Position numbers and translations under genes: made by a program
Notes under the pieces: model-generated
Seen by the model: only the letters and a program-made list of their open reading frames with translations
Told to the model about the DNA's origin: nothing
Databases searched by the model: none
Part shown: piece by piece, positions 11,899-25,764 of the stretch
Numbering within the stretch: the stretch's first letter is position 1
How the letters are laid out: the number at the start of each line of letters is the position of its first letter
Source of the DNA: Paramecium tetraurelia
Taxonomy: Eukaryota
NCBI GenBank assembly: GCA_000165425.1
Contig: CT868656.1
Coordinates: 62,001 to 126,000, forward strand
DNA length: 64,000 nt
Direction of reading: 5' to 3'

Positions 11899-13207
11899 TA
11901 TCTCCAAATGAATATTATAGAGTTTTATAATTAATAATTAAAAGTATATATTATTAATTTACTTCATTACATTACAGGTATGTTTCACAAAAGGATAATA
12001 AAAAATAAATTAAATAATAATTATTTAGTAATAGTAATAGTTTAAATCATAGATTAAATACATGAAGAAGAAAAAAATAAAATTTTGAATTCTTAAATAT
12101 CGGAATTCCCAACTTATTTAAAATGGCCATTTCTTCAGGTTAATCATTATTCATATTACATGTGCATTTTTATATCACTTAATTTTATGATATTATAAAG
12201 CTTGTTCAGAAGATTTGTAATTTAAATTGAATTGTTCGGACCCATAAGTCAATTTGGAGTGTTAATGATTAATTAAATATTAGAATTATAAAATAATTTG
12301 GAAATTGAAAATAAATAAGTGAGAAAATTTAAAAAATCTTAAAAGGAATATCACGATTAAAAATTTTTACAATTTGGAACTTTAAAGAATTTCATAGTCC
12401 AAATTATAATCGAAAAAATAAAGCAAATAAAGGTAAGTAAATTTAGTAAACTACTTCAATAATTGAAATGAAGACATCTTAATATCAAGATTCAAAATTG
12501 AATATAAAAAAGTTGCATTAAGAAAGATAGAAACTAACATTAATATTTTGAACTTTTTATAACTATTATTTTTAAAATTTAAATAGGAAATTAAAGCTCA
12601 AAATTCATATCTAAAAGTATCAAATAATAATCTATCAGGAATTAGGATAATCTAATTCAAATTCAAATTTCAATCTTAGCTTTATTGAAAATTGTTTTAA
12701 GAATTAAACGAAATTTATGCTTTTATCATTTTGTATTAAAAAACTAAGTTTAATTTAACTGTTTGTATAAAGAATAGATTATAAATATCAATTAGAGTAT
12801 ACAAATTAAATAATATCAAATAAGTTAGAATCCTTAATGATTAATGATATATTCAATCATTTTATTGCATACTGTAATATTATATATGAAATAAGATCCT
12901 AATAATCTTTGTGTTGAAAGACAGTCCAAAATTTAGAAAAAACAGGCATTTTAGCATTAAGGTGTTGGTATTCAAAATTTACAATGGGGACCTTTATTGC
13001 TAGGTCTATTAAAAATATAACAGTAAGTTCATTCATCCTATAATAGATTTATTATCATCGACTTAATGATTAAAGATGATGAAGTTTGGATAAATGAAAC
13101 ATATTTCAATAATATTGAAATGGTTCTTAATTGTTATAGGAAACTAGATACCAATTCAATCAGTTGGTTTTGAGATGATTATAATAATATTAATAAATAA
13201 ATATATT

Positions 13208-14505
13208 ATGCACGAATAATATGAATTGTATTACACCACATTTAATCAGGAAAGGGACAGGGTTAGAGTAAGAGAGTTTCATTAAGTTAGAAATTTTACA
13301 GCAGCTTGAAATCGGAGGAATCTAATAGATTGTTAAAGAGTTAATCTCTTAACGAATCATTGAAGAAGGCGGAGGGATTCAAGAATGAGAAGAAGTAGTA
13401 GATCAAACAGAAAGCACACAAATTTAATATTAAAGCTAAAATCATATAGAGGAAGAATAATTAGATGCAGGAGCATCAATTTTTGGGGATAATTAAATAG
13501 AAAAACGAGTTGGTAAAGAAAGAGATTGAGCTGTAAAATATAATTTGTATATAGAGAACATCGTTTGAATATCTTGAATGCCGAATAAACTGAGTAGATC
13601 AGATAAAATCAAATCTACAAATCTATGAAACAAAAAATCTATTTGGAGAGAGTGGAACAACATTAATTGGTAATATGGTCTTAATAAAATAGAAAGTAGA
13701 ATAGGAACATCAGTAATTGTTGGAATAGATGAATAACAAATTTTAGAAGGTCGAACAATATATTCAAATAACAAGAGAGTCTGAGAAATAAAAGTTCAGA
13801 AGTCTTAGTTACAAGTATTTGAATTACAAGCAGAAAGCAGAGAATCTAATATAGGAGAAAACCGAAAATACTTTTCAAGAAGCCTTGGATAACATGTCCA
13901 AGAGAGAATAAGTTTACGTATCATAATGTTCTAATCAAAAAGGAAAAGTATATTGAGACCAAGGAAAAAGAGAGGATGAAGATAGTGAGAAGAAACAAAT
14001 TGGAGTTAGTTAAATTTAAGCGAAACAAGAAAAGACAAGAGTCTATTGAAAAATCTTAGAAAAAGTTATAAGAACAAGAAAGACAAAAAAGAATACTCAA
14101 TAAATCTACATCCATTCCAAAAATTATTATCACTGAGCATGATGATCAAGCTAATAATGATGTTGAGGTTGAGGTTTATGAAGTACCTTACTCTGAGGAA
14201 TAAACCCAAACTTATGAAGAAAAGATTATTACTTCGAAAAGGAATCTGAAAGAGGAATAATCGATTTGCACTAATATCAATGAATCATCTATGCAGGTTA
14301 CGTTGCCTGAACCGAAAATTATTGACTCTCCTAACTACAAAAAACCAAGAAGAAAATCAGAAAAAGAAAGACAATATCAAGTTTTGATGTAACATAATTT
14401 AAATAAGGAGTTAGGAAATTAAGATTGAATCTTAAACAAGAAAGAGAGAAATTGGATAGAGAATTGAACTCATTCTTTATCAGTTAGCCAATCCATACAA
14501 ATTGA
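13208..14505 (+). CDS. Coiled-coil, Lys/Glu-rich hypothetical protein
   Basis: MHEQYELYYTTFNQERDRVR...; five GT..AG introns restore a continuous frame ending ...FFISQPIHTN*. Confidence 0.7.
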
Positions 14506-14563
14506 TATTAATAATACTTATGTGATTATTAGATAAATTCTTTTTGGATATTTCTCATCGTTT

Positions 14564-15512
14564 ATGAATAAATTTGAATTGGCTCTCCAAACTTAACAGG
14601 AATTATTTAACTACATTCTATCAACATAATGGAAAGATGATTCAGAGAAATAACAATTAGGAGTAATTTTTGAGAAACTTCAAGTATGATAATAATCATA
14701 TTAGACAACATGTAATATTAAATTGGAAATGGATGACTTCTTCACCAAAGAAAAGCAAGAATAGTTGAAATCCTATTTATACGAAAAACAATAGCATGTA
14801 TTTATACTCCTCATTTCTTCAGATCAGAAAGATTAATAAAAGCTTATAGGAAACTCTAAAGAAATAAGTGTAAGGTCATTAATCTCCATCCTGCGTAATT
14901 GCCTAATTGCCTCCCAGATTCAAAAACAACAAAGAGTCATACCTCTAATAGATGTAATTATAAGGAATTTAGATTCTAGTAATTATTTCAAAAGCAATTT
15001 GATAGAATTAAAGAGTTGCCATTCAAAATTATGTCAGAATATAGAATTAAAACAAATTAGAGAGGCTATAACAAAGTAAATTAGCTTATTGTAAATTGCG
15101 GAAAATTTTAAATTTGAACTAAATTGTTTAGAAAGTGAATTAATGCAAAATCGACTTTAATTAAGCGAATAATTTGAGACAATCAGAAAATAAATTGAAA
15201 TTGTTATTGAGGACATTTAGCTACAAAATTTAGTGAGTCATTGCACTGCAATTACGAAAGCAAATATTCTATTGAAGAAATAACTTATTATTGTAAAGCA
15301 AATAAATTCATTTGAAACAAAAGATTTGTAAATAAAAAATAAATTATAATAGTTATTTGTAAATGTTGGAAATAGATAAAGAGAATAAGCAAACTAGTTA
15401 CTCCCAAGACACTGATATTACAAGTCAACAATCGCCTTAAAAAAATTGTGATTAACATCAGATTATGAACAAAAATCTTAGAAGTCAAGAATGTTTGTGT
15501 ACAATCTTCTGA
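14564..15512 (+). CDS. Hypothetical protein with C-terminal CaaX (CTIF)
   Basis: MNKFELALQTQQELFNY...; two introns; ends QECLCTIF*. Confidence 0.7.
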
Positions 15513-15589
15513 TGTGATTTAAATGTGTATTATAAAAAACAGAAAATTGAAATGATCATTTAATGTGTAATGTGTAATTTTAATAAAAA

Positions 15590-18028
15590 ATGTTAAATCA
15601 AAAATGTCTTATGGCAAATATCATGCACTTAATGATAGTCTCATATTCAATATATTTCTATTTGATAAGTTCCAACTTACTCAATATGATTACTTTGATT
15701 GTTACTAATACCATTACAATTGTATTTTTGATACTCCAAATTTAACATCGTAAGTTTTTGGTGCAAGGAACTATTATTTGTCTTCAATTAGATTAACTTT
15801 GTTTAATTTTGATGAATGTTTCAAATATATCCACGATACCCTTTTCACAATTCATTATCTCACAACTTTTAACAAAAGACTTGTTTCTTGACTTAAAACT
15901 AACCAAGAGATCCCTAATCATAATCCTACCATTATTTGTGTCACTATTTCTGATCATTTATTCCTACTTCTACATCCAATTCGACCTTGAACATCCTCAG
16001 CTATTGATATGTTTCTCTATATCATTATATTGTTGTACTATCTCCTTTAAACCTCATCAATCCTAAGTCAATGTACTTCTTACAGAAATTAGCAACACAA
16101 ACAAACCGGACAATCTAAAATTTAATAAGAATACTTCCTAATTTGACTTGGATTAGAATCTCAATTCAATATGTCTAAGAGAAGCAACATTCAGTGACAC
16201 AACTATATTAGAAACAACCTATCACTGTTTACAATATCTAAATGAGGGCTTGATTATATTGGGGACAGAATCTGAAAATCCAAATTTTCCATATTCATTT
16301 AAATACTGTAATCACGCAACCAAGGCTATTTTTGGAAAAGAAACAGAATCTGAAATTTTGAATTTACTAGAAGGTCTTACTATATTTACTGCCAGCGATC
16401 ATGCAGATGGATTACAATTTACATCCTAATTGTAAAACAGACCTTCATATTATTGTTTGAAACAAATTGAAATAAAAGATTAATTTACATCATAACATAA
16501 AAGTTCAAATCAAGACTCATTAAATGATCAGTTACACAAATACTAATTTAGATAAGCTTTGGAAATGCTCTTTAAATCAACTAATTGTGGGTGCTTAGTC
16601 GTATAAGCCAACTTATAATAGAGATTTTCAACTACAACAAATTAACTATTCCAGGCTTCGTAAACCTAGATTAATACTGAAAATTATTAATTAATCGAAT
16701 TGACTTTGACACTTAATAAAAATAATATCATTATCGTCTGTCGAGATGTTACTCATAGATAAAAAATAAGATATCTAAAAGAGTATGATAAATAAAAATC
16801 TAAAATGCTAGCTTTTGTTAGTCATGAATATAGATCACCTTTGAATTGTATCATTTAAATGCTGGAATGTGTTATGAATGATCAGACAATTGAGGATAAT
16901 CAAGATCTGACTGAGTAATTATAAGTGGCCTTAGATAATTCAAGTTACATTCTTAATTTATCTAATGATTTATTGGATTTGGCATAAATAAAAAATGGGA
17001 AATTTAGAATTGACAAAGTACCTTTCAATTTAGAAACTTTGATTCAAGAATGTATGAAAATGTTTGAATTGAAGGCTAAAATGAAAAAGGTGTAATTCAA
17101 ATTTAATCTCGCTAGTTAAATCCCAAAAATTGTGTTTTCTGATAGAAGTAGAATAAAGCAAATAATCATTAATTTGTTAAGTAATGCATTTAAATTTACT
17201 TAAAATGGAAAGATTATCATTGATGTTTCTAAGGTTAATTCAAATTATTTAAGGATAGGAGTTATGGATGAAGGAATTGGAATCTCAGATGAGGATTAGA
17301 TGACCTTGTTTAAGGCATTTTAAAAAGTAAATTCAGAAGAAAGCAAAAAATTAAATTAATAAGGTGTGGGGTTGGGTTTAGTGATAAGTAACCAAATTGC
17401 ATAGACAATAGGGTCTACAGGATTGAATCTTGTATCAAGTAATTAAAGAGATAATCATTATTCAAATTTCTATTTTGATTTACCTTTAGAATAACCACTT
17501 AGAAAGAAAGTCTCCAGTTTCAAGGTTCCTGAAATTTCAATATAGATTTAAGAGGTAGAAGAAATTGCAAGTTTTAAATATATACATTCTCATATAAAGG
17601 AAGATTGGTCAACTTAATAAATATGTTTGCATTATTTAATAGTAGATGATGACTGTTTTAATATATTTGCAATGAAAAGATTATTTTAATAATTATAAAA
17701 AAACAAAAAGCATTTATTTTAGAATGAATTTGATGTGGATTCAGCATTATCAGGGTTGGAGTGTATTGAAAAAATTAAAAATAAGAAATGCAGTAATTCC
17801 TGTTAGGGATACAAAATAGTATTTATGGATATAGAGATGCCATTTATGAATGGTTAAGAAACCACTAAGAGAATTTTAAGTAGTTATCCCAATTATATAA
17901 TTATTGGATGCAGTGGTTATTCGGACCAATAAGAAAATGAGAAATGTATTAGTAGTGGAATGTCTGAATTCTTAGTTAAACCAATAAATGAAACTTAATT
18001 AATTTAGATAATTAAAAAGTTTCATTGA
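15590..18028 (+). CDS. Membrane hybrid histidine kinase / response regulator (~812 aa)
   Basis: N-terminal TM helices. H-box FVSHEYRSPLN, N-box QIIINLLSNAFKFT, G1 DEGIGIS, G2 GVGLGL; receiver domain LIVDDD...FMDIEMP...KP. Apparently intronless (2439 nt). Confidence 0.93.
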
Positions 18029-18296
18029 CAGAATATTTGTATTCGTTTGGATGATTTATTATTATATATCATAATTATTAATCATTATTTCTTGGCTTTA
18101 TAATTTAAAAAACTAAATATTAAAATCTATCTGCTAAATATATGATTATTCAAATCTTATTATTAATATTAAATAAGTTAAATAGTTCATAATTTGGAGT
18201 ATTTTAAAAATAGCCTGAGATTGAGAAAGAGTATTGAATAAATAAATATATCTGAAATTATTTTTCATATGAATTTTTGATTTTATTATGTTTTTA

Positions 18297-20011
18297 TCAT
18301 ATATCTTATTCATTATTTAAGAATGATGGCTACCCAGTACCTGCTAACAATCTCTACCATGCTATATTTGATGGCTAAATATATATAAGATATGAATTAC
18401 TGTAATTCTATTGGCATAATTTCCTGAATTCATTTCATTCAATGGAATCATGCATGTCTTATTGCTGACATGACCAACTGCAAATCCAGTGAAACCAGCC
18501 ATTGAAGCGTGAATTGCATTTTAAGCCAATTAACTGCATAGTTTAGAATCTAATGAATTAGCCTTACCAGCTCTGACCATGTATTAAGGATCAATGTATT
18601 TGACTTCAGCATTTAAACCTTTTTCTCTTGTAAACTCTAAGATAGCATTCTTCAAGAATAATCCAATGTCTCCTTACTTGACATTTCCAGAAGCATCTCT
18701 ACCTTTGTCATTGATCTTGCAATCTCTCAAAGAAGCAGCAGATCCTTCGGCTACTACAATGACACATGTTCCTTTGTGTTACAGTCTTGAATACACATAT
18801 TATAATAATCCTTTTTCTCCATAGACATCGAATTCAAATTCAGGAACCAAACATATATTCACACTTCTAAAGGCCAAGGATGCATTCAATGCCAAAAATC
18901 CTGTATGTGAACCCCAGAGTCTCACGATTCCAACTGAATATTTTTTAGAATGAGTTTCTTGATATGCTGCTTTTAAAGGATTCTAAGCTTCCTATTAAAT
19001 GATTAAATAATAATATTACTTCAATTGCAGTTTCGAATCCAAATGATTTGTCTATAATTGGAATCTCATTTTCAATGCTTTTGGGAATAACCACAATACT
19101 AATTTTGAGATTTCTGCTTTTAATGATTTCATATAATTATTCAGCACTCTTCATACAACCCAATCCACCAATAAGATAAACTTAATTAATTCCATTTTTA
19201 GCTAATTCATCCACTATCATTTCACCATCAAATTTAGATCTGGCTGTTCCCAAAAAGCAACCTCCTAAATGATGAATAGTCTTCACTATTTTTGGATCTA
19301 ATTTTATCCAATCATTATTGTAGATTCCATTGTATCCATTTTTGGCACCAAATATAGTCTATACTTTGTAATTGTAAAACAAACACATTGTCAATTCTCT
19401 GATAATAACATTCAATCCAGGCAATAATCCTCCTACGACTACAATGCCTGCTTTGACTTCATCTGGACTAAATAATAGATGTTTTCTTGGACCAGATCTC
19501 AGCCATCTCTTTGTTCTTGATAATAAATCATTTGGTCCAAAGTTAGGGTGTTCTAAATTAATTAGATAAATTTACAAAGGATATAGCAATCATGATTGAC
19601 AAAAGCAGTCTCAGGGAGAAAACCTTCACCACCAAACACACTTCTATAATTTGAATTTCCAAGCATAGGATTTACATTCAAAGGCAATACTTGAAGTTTG
19701 AGATCATAAGCAAGATTAGAAACTCTTTCAATCTCACAAGTAATTTCTTCTAAATTTTTTAATTCTTTGACTAATTCATTTTCATTTGCATTTTTTGCCA
19801 TCAACTTATTAATTGCATGTTTTTTAGTTGGTTTTTTAGGAGATGAAGGAGCAGATGCATTTGCGGACATACTCTCTTCAAAAACATGGTGAGTTGTTTC
19901 AGTAATGCCTTTTCTTAAGGCATTAAAGGCAGCAGCCCCGATTGTACCCAAGGCTAATGAGGCTAATAAATACAAGGGATTGATGGTTTGGGTAAGATTT
20001 TTTGATTCCAT
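18297..20011 (-). CDS. 6-phosphofructokinase homologue (plant/protist type), predicted catalytically inactive
   Basis: [63 protein letters not shown] and YIDPQYMVRA align to PFK motifs, but the catalytic residues are replaced. Confidence 0.9.
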
Positions 20012-20021
20012 TAATTAATAA

Positions 20022-22842
20022 ATGTAGTCGATTTCATCTGAGGTACTAAAAGCAGGAGTAACTAAATCTAACATCCGTTCCAATGTGACAGCCAAGAGGT
20101 ACATTCAATATAAGTAAGTAGACCCAATTAACTCGGTGGAGGTAGAACTTAATTGGGTCCTCCTTAGACAGGGAAGGATACTCAATAATCATCGTAGGAT
20201 AATGTGATTGTGAAGTATAAAGATAGCATAGTAACACCAAAGGAGTAAGATATTGATATGAAAATAGATTGATTACTAAGAGATTCCTGTAATTGGCTGA
20301 GCAGTTGAATAGAGAGGAAGAATAAAAACTAAAATAATTACAGAAACCAGCCGATACTAAAGTGAGTGCTAGTGTTATGGATAGCAATATGAAATCATTC
20401 CATCAGAGTGCTGTACTATTAATAAAGTATAACAGGATAAATCATCGAATTCAGATTTGAAAGTTTCATCTTCCAACAATCCAGAGAGGAGCAGTTTTAT
20501 GGAATCTAAACAGTCAGACACATACTCTGATTCAGATTCTAAAAGAGATCAATCTGAATAACAAGAGAAGAAACCAAAATAGAAGAAAGGTTTGAAAGAA
20601 GAGGACTTGGAAGAGAATATCCCTATTAATTTAAGTGAAACTCCAACTCAATGTTTAATGTTTATGTAATTAATGATTATAATGTATAGACCATCCTCAT
20701 TTGTGAATAGTGAGTAAGGCAAGAAAACTGGTTAGATTCAAAGAACCCAATAATATGAATAATTCATCATTGAGAAAATTGGAAGTGACAATTTCACAAA
20801 GAGATTCGCTTAAACCTTTAATTACATACAAAAACATAAGATCCAGTAATGCAACAAAATTGAGAAGAATGATACAGGAGCATTCACAGCTGTTTGGGAT
20901 TTGTATGATGCTTCAATAACTGATCAATTGAATGAATTCGAAATATTACAAGAAGAGATCAAGTCAAGCATTGAGAATGAGTATAAATAATTGAATAAGA
21001 ACCCTTATTTCTTATTGCCTACAGAATTGGAAGCAATTAAAATACATGCTGAAAGACCTGTATTGGGTAAGGAAACAACTGAGAAATCATAAAGTAAAAC
21101 AAGAAGTGGAATTGCAGCCAATTCTAAATAATAACCTATCAATAATTTGAGTGGTGGTTTGACTGGACAAGGTGGAGATGAGAGGATATAAGATAGTTCT
21201 TCTAGTCATACAGGTACTAAAGGTGTTACTAACATGGGATCTTAATAAGCCAATATCCAATAATAAGTGACCAAGAGTCATGGAAAGACAAGCAATCCTC
21301 TACCTGAATAATAATAGAAATAGTATGAATAAAAATAGGATGAGTAGGATGTTAAGGAGGAGGAATACATGAAGTAATATGTCCAAAAAAACTAATTCTC
21401 AAATTAGTGAACAAGAATAGATCATTTATTAGAGTCAATAAGTGTAAACCAGTTTGAAATATGTGGAAAGAATTCTTAATCAAAATCTCTATCATAAATA
21501 ATATATTCAATATAGAAACTATCCAGAAGTCAAGTTTGAGAAGATGACTTTGAATGAAGATCCTAAATAGAGAGGAGGAGCATTCAAAAGGAATTTCTAA
21601 AATAAATTAGATGACGAGGAAGTTGTTGAAAAGAAATAATAAGATCCCATTACATAATTATTTTCATATAAATGCTAATTAAGTGAACAATGCAAAGTAA
21701 CTAGTGCCGATTGGAATCCAGTCAATAAAGATTTATTGGCTGTTTCATATGGCAATAGAGAAACCTCGGATGGACACATTATGTTTTGGACTTTAAAGAA
21801 CCCAACTTACCCTGAACGTATCATTACTTATCCATCCAAATTTAATTGTTGTAAATTCTCAGAAAGCTAGCCCAATCTCATTGCTGCAGGAACTGTGGAT
21901 GGTATTGTAGCTGTATGGGATATCAGAAGAAAGTCCAATAAACCTATTACTGAAAATAAAGAAATGGCTGGAAAGCATAGTGATTCTGTTTGGGAAGTTT
22001 AATGGGTTGGAAAAGGAGCTAAAGGAACAGATAAGGGAGAATCCCTTGTCAGTATAAGTAGTGATAGTAGAATTGTTGAATGGTCAATGAAGAAGGGATT
22101 GGAATATACTAATTTAATGAATCTCAAAAGAGTTGTTCAATCATCTTAAAAGGAAAACTTATAAGAAGGAGTCAATTTTAGAATGTCAGCTGGATTTTCC
22201 TTTGATTTCTTATAAAGAGAATCAGCCATGTATTTAGCTGCCACTGAAGATGGTACTATTCATAGATGCTCAAAATCATATACAGAATAATATTTGGATA
22301 ATTATTTTGGACATTCAGGACCAGTTTATAAGGTTAGATGTAATCCTTTCTTTGGTGATATCTTCTTAACTTGTAGTGCAGATTGGTCATGCAAATTATG
22401 GAATTGGACTGAGGAATTACCTAAAGCCAATTTTTAAGTATTTATAATTAGAATTATAAAAGCAATAAAACTTATAAGACGAGGTGTTAGACTTTGAGTG
22501 GTCTCCTCACACTTCTGTATTATTCGCATCAGTTTGCAAGGATGGCAGATTGGAATTATGGGACTTAACCAAGAATAATATGTTAGATCCATATTTTACC
22601 ATTATGCCCCAGGATTAACAAATATGGCCAGCCAAAACTATGGTCAGATTTGCTCACAATAGTCCAGTGCTTATTACTGGTGATGCTAGAGGTGATATTA
22701 ATGCTTATAGATTATATGGTACATTTGTAGTTGTATTCTGTTAGGCTATGAAGATAATGATCCACTTTAAGAGGAGGAGAAGTTAAGAAAACTGTTATAC
22801 CCCTCTGGATATTCTAAGGGATAGAAGGAATAAAAGGATTGA
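20022..22842 (+). CDS. WDR78: Axonemal dynein intermediate chain, WD40 (WDR78/DNAI4/IC138-like)
   Basis: LSETPT...PS, QTFN...AVWDLYDAS, ADWNPVNKDLLAVSYG, FWTLKNPTYPER, HSDSVWEVQW, IHRCSKSYTEQYL, HSGPVYKVRCNPF, FLTCSADWS. Confidence 0.88.
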
Positions 22843-22869
22843 TGGATTGAATGAATTTATATATATAAA

Positions 22870-23223
22870 TCAGTGTAACTTCATATGTATACTCGACTTC
22901 ACATATTTCTTTCTGTTAAGCAATTACTCTATTTTGAGATTGTTTTAACCTGATTGCAATATACTTTGTAATCTTATAGGTGATCTGGCTGAAACACTTA
23001 AAGATGTATTTGCTGGAAAATCATCTTTAATTTTGATAGATTTTTATTATTTCTAATAACCAAGAGGTAATGTATGCTCAGTGAGGAAGTTGTCATATAG
23101 ATGTGGTAATTAGACAGGATCAATTGTGCTTGACTTCTTATGTTTTGGTGATTGTTTCTTGCTGAGTCTACTTCTTCCCAGAATCTGAAATAGAGTGACT
23201 CTTCTGTTGTTATTGAAATTCAT
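22870..23223 (-). CDS. Small basic hypothetical protein (117 aa)
   Basis: Uninterrupted ORF MNFNNNRRVTLFQILGRSRLS...HMKLH*, 354 nt. Confidence 0.65.
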
Positions 23224-23245
23224 TTTAAATCATTATTTTCTAAAT

Positions 23246-24685
23246 ATGCTTTCGATTAAATTAGGATTGAGACTTACCCTCCTCCTCATCTTCAATTGGA
23301 CACTACTCCTATTCTACTTTGCTTATATGACATAAGACCAGGAGTTTAACTTGGCAGAGACAAAGTTACTAATAAACAACATCTTTGAGCATCATATTTA
23401 TGAATCAGACACAAAAGATCAGATTTAAATCGACACTTAAATAGAAGTGGGTGAGGAGGAGGAATTCTAATTTGGAGAAGAGATTGAAAAAGAAATTTAA
23501 TTTATTGATGATACCAAAGGAGATCTTGTGGCTGTGGGAGATGATGATGTAGACACTATTTATGATTATACAATATAAGCCTTGAAAGACATCAATCCCA
23601 TCAAACAAAGCATTTTGTCTACTAATGAACCTATTCGTTAATAAACATAACTCAATATCCTCAAAGATAATCATTATTGTGAATTAAATAACCTATACGT
23701 TATAACGAATCCTTAATTTCCAATTAACATAATCACAGATTATCCAAATGATAATGTTATCACCTTTGCCTTAGATGCGGCAGGCAAAGATCTACTCCCA
23801 GATGTAATACTAGAAAGTAATAAATTATATCATCTTCCATTCAATGCCACCATCTTCTTTATGGAGAACCTTAATTTTCATAAGTATTTTGAAATTGGCT
23901 CCTAATTTCTATGCAATTTCCAAGCTTACAATCACATTCCTGGAATAGAAATATTATTTAAAAAGTCATCTCTTTATTAGATTCTACAGAAAACAGAAGT
24001 ACCTATTCCAGAAACATTCATTATGAATAGTACATCTTCATTTACTATTACTTAGACATTACATAATGTTTAGAATATTTTAAGCAATACAAGAACTTAA
24101 ACGAGTCTGAATATTTGGTTAAGAATCACATTAAACGATAAATTTAATAATAAACCCTTGAACACAAATACATCAGAAGGAAATATTAAGATGGCAAAAA
24201 TTGTGGCATTGTGATTGATGATCTTATCATATAAAAGAAGGTTGAAAACAGACAAAAGAGATTCTTTGCAATGTTGTTCATTAGCTTTCTAGATCCATTC
24301 TAGTATTAGATTTTCGATGGCTTCTATTATAAGATATAAAAAGTAAATTAATCTTCAATTAGGGTGTTCCTGTAGATCATTAAAGATATAATGAGACTAT
24401 TAGCAAAATGATCACCGATCAAGTTGAACAATTTATACACAAAATCACAATCCTCAAAGATAATAGATTCTTCTCACTTCTGAGAATGGAATTTATTGAA
24501 GCAGATGATATCTATCTTATGTCTATAAGTATCATTTCAATTACTATATAGCCCCTGATATTGATAAAGATTCATAGATCAAAGATTATATGACAAGTCT
24601 TGTAGTCTCTACATTGTAATTAATTAATTTCCAATAAATCCAAAGACTATCTCTGTATCAGATTGAAAGTCATTATCATTATTGA
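23246..24685 (+). CDS. Divergent tubulin-tyrosine-ligase-like protein with N-terminal signal anchor
   Basis: N-terminal hydrophobic stretch LRLTLLLIFNWTLLLFYFAY; FQAYNHIPG, IPETF and LIIQK blocks resemble TTL family proteins. Three introns. Confidence 0.6.
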
Positions 24686-24719
24686 ATATTAGTTAACAAA
24701 TTATATAAATTAAACAAAA

Positions 24720-25740
24720 ATGGATAAATTGCGAATAGATTATATCAAAGGGAAGGGAACTGCATTCAATTATTCCTAAATTCTATTTCATTTGATATGC
24801 AGATCCTTAGAAATAAAAAATATGATTATTTCAAACTAACCCTTAACATTCGGCCATTTGTTTGAAATTATCAGCAATGCAAGAATAGAAAAACAAAGAT
24901 TTGAATTTTCAAAAAAATTAAATGTTCCACAATACTTAAATTGATAAATGTATTTAATACTTAACTCTTTGGAAGAACCAGCATAAGAATCAATGCATAG
25001 TATAGAATAAAATCAATTGAGAAAATTTGATAATTAAAGTCAATACAATTAGAAAACAAGATTCAATGAAGTCTCATAGGTTTCAGCTATTACTTATGCA
25101 ACTGAATGACTTGGTCTCACAGATTAATCTGAATTTCTCCTGATTGATCTTAATAATCAAGAGGAATTCTAAATGCCTCAAATTAAAGGAGCCATCAATT
25201 TTCAAGCTCCTTATCTTAGATAGCATAAGTTAACTCAATAAATATATAGATTTGTATATTCCTTAGTATAACTATTTTATTAAAAAATGGAAGAATGAAA
25301 CTAATCATCATTTATCACTTGATAAAAATAATGGTCTACCTTCTGCTATACTTTTTACTGAAAATGGGTTCGAGAATGTTTACCTTCTAAGCAGAGGAAT
25401 GGTGAAGTTCCTCTAAAAATAGCCCTGTAGGTGTAATTAGAACAAAAGTATGCTTAATTATTTCATTTAAAAAAAAAAAGACGGTCTTTTACAAAACCAG
25501 AATGTAATCTTTATGATCAAATATGCAGAGAACCCTAATAAAATTATCAAAAGATCAAATACAGTTCGATCTGTTAATAATTAAAATACTTTAAGTACAC
25601 AGAGAAATCAATTTGAAATTAATAAATCAGAATAAGCTATTAGTGACTCGAAATCATAAATTAGTTTTAATAAAATATGACTCAATAATCAAGTACTAAT
25701 AAATAACAATAATAATAAAAACATTCTTAGTTTATTGATA
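24720..25740 (+). pseudogene. CEP41: CEP41-like rhodanese-domain pseudogene
   Basis: Blocks IPRNKKYD, KKIKCSTILKLI, FLLIDL...IKGAINF and LFTENGFENVYLLSRG sit in different frames. In-frame TGA at 25107-25109. 3' end approximate. Confidence 0.6.
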
Positions 25741-25764
25741 AATGATTATATTTATAAATTAATT

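Noticed and set aside
23246..25740. TTL-like gene next to CEP41-like relic as a tubulin-glutamylation cluster
   Set aside because: One is a pseudogene and the other appears membrane-anchored and degenerate. Ciliates lack operons, so adjacency is probably chance.
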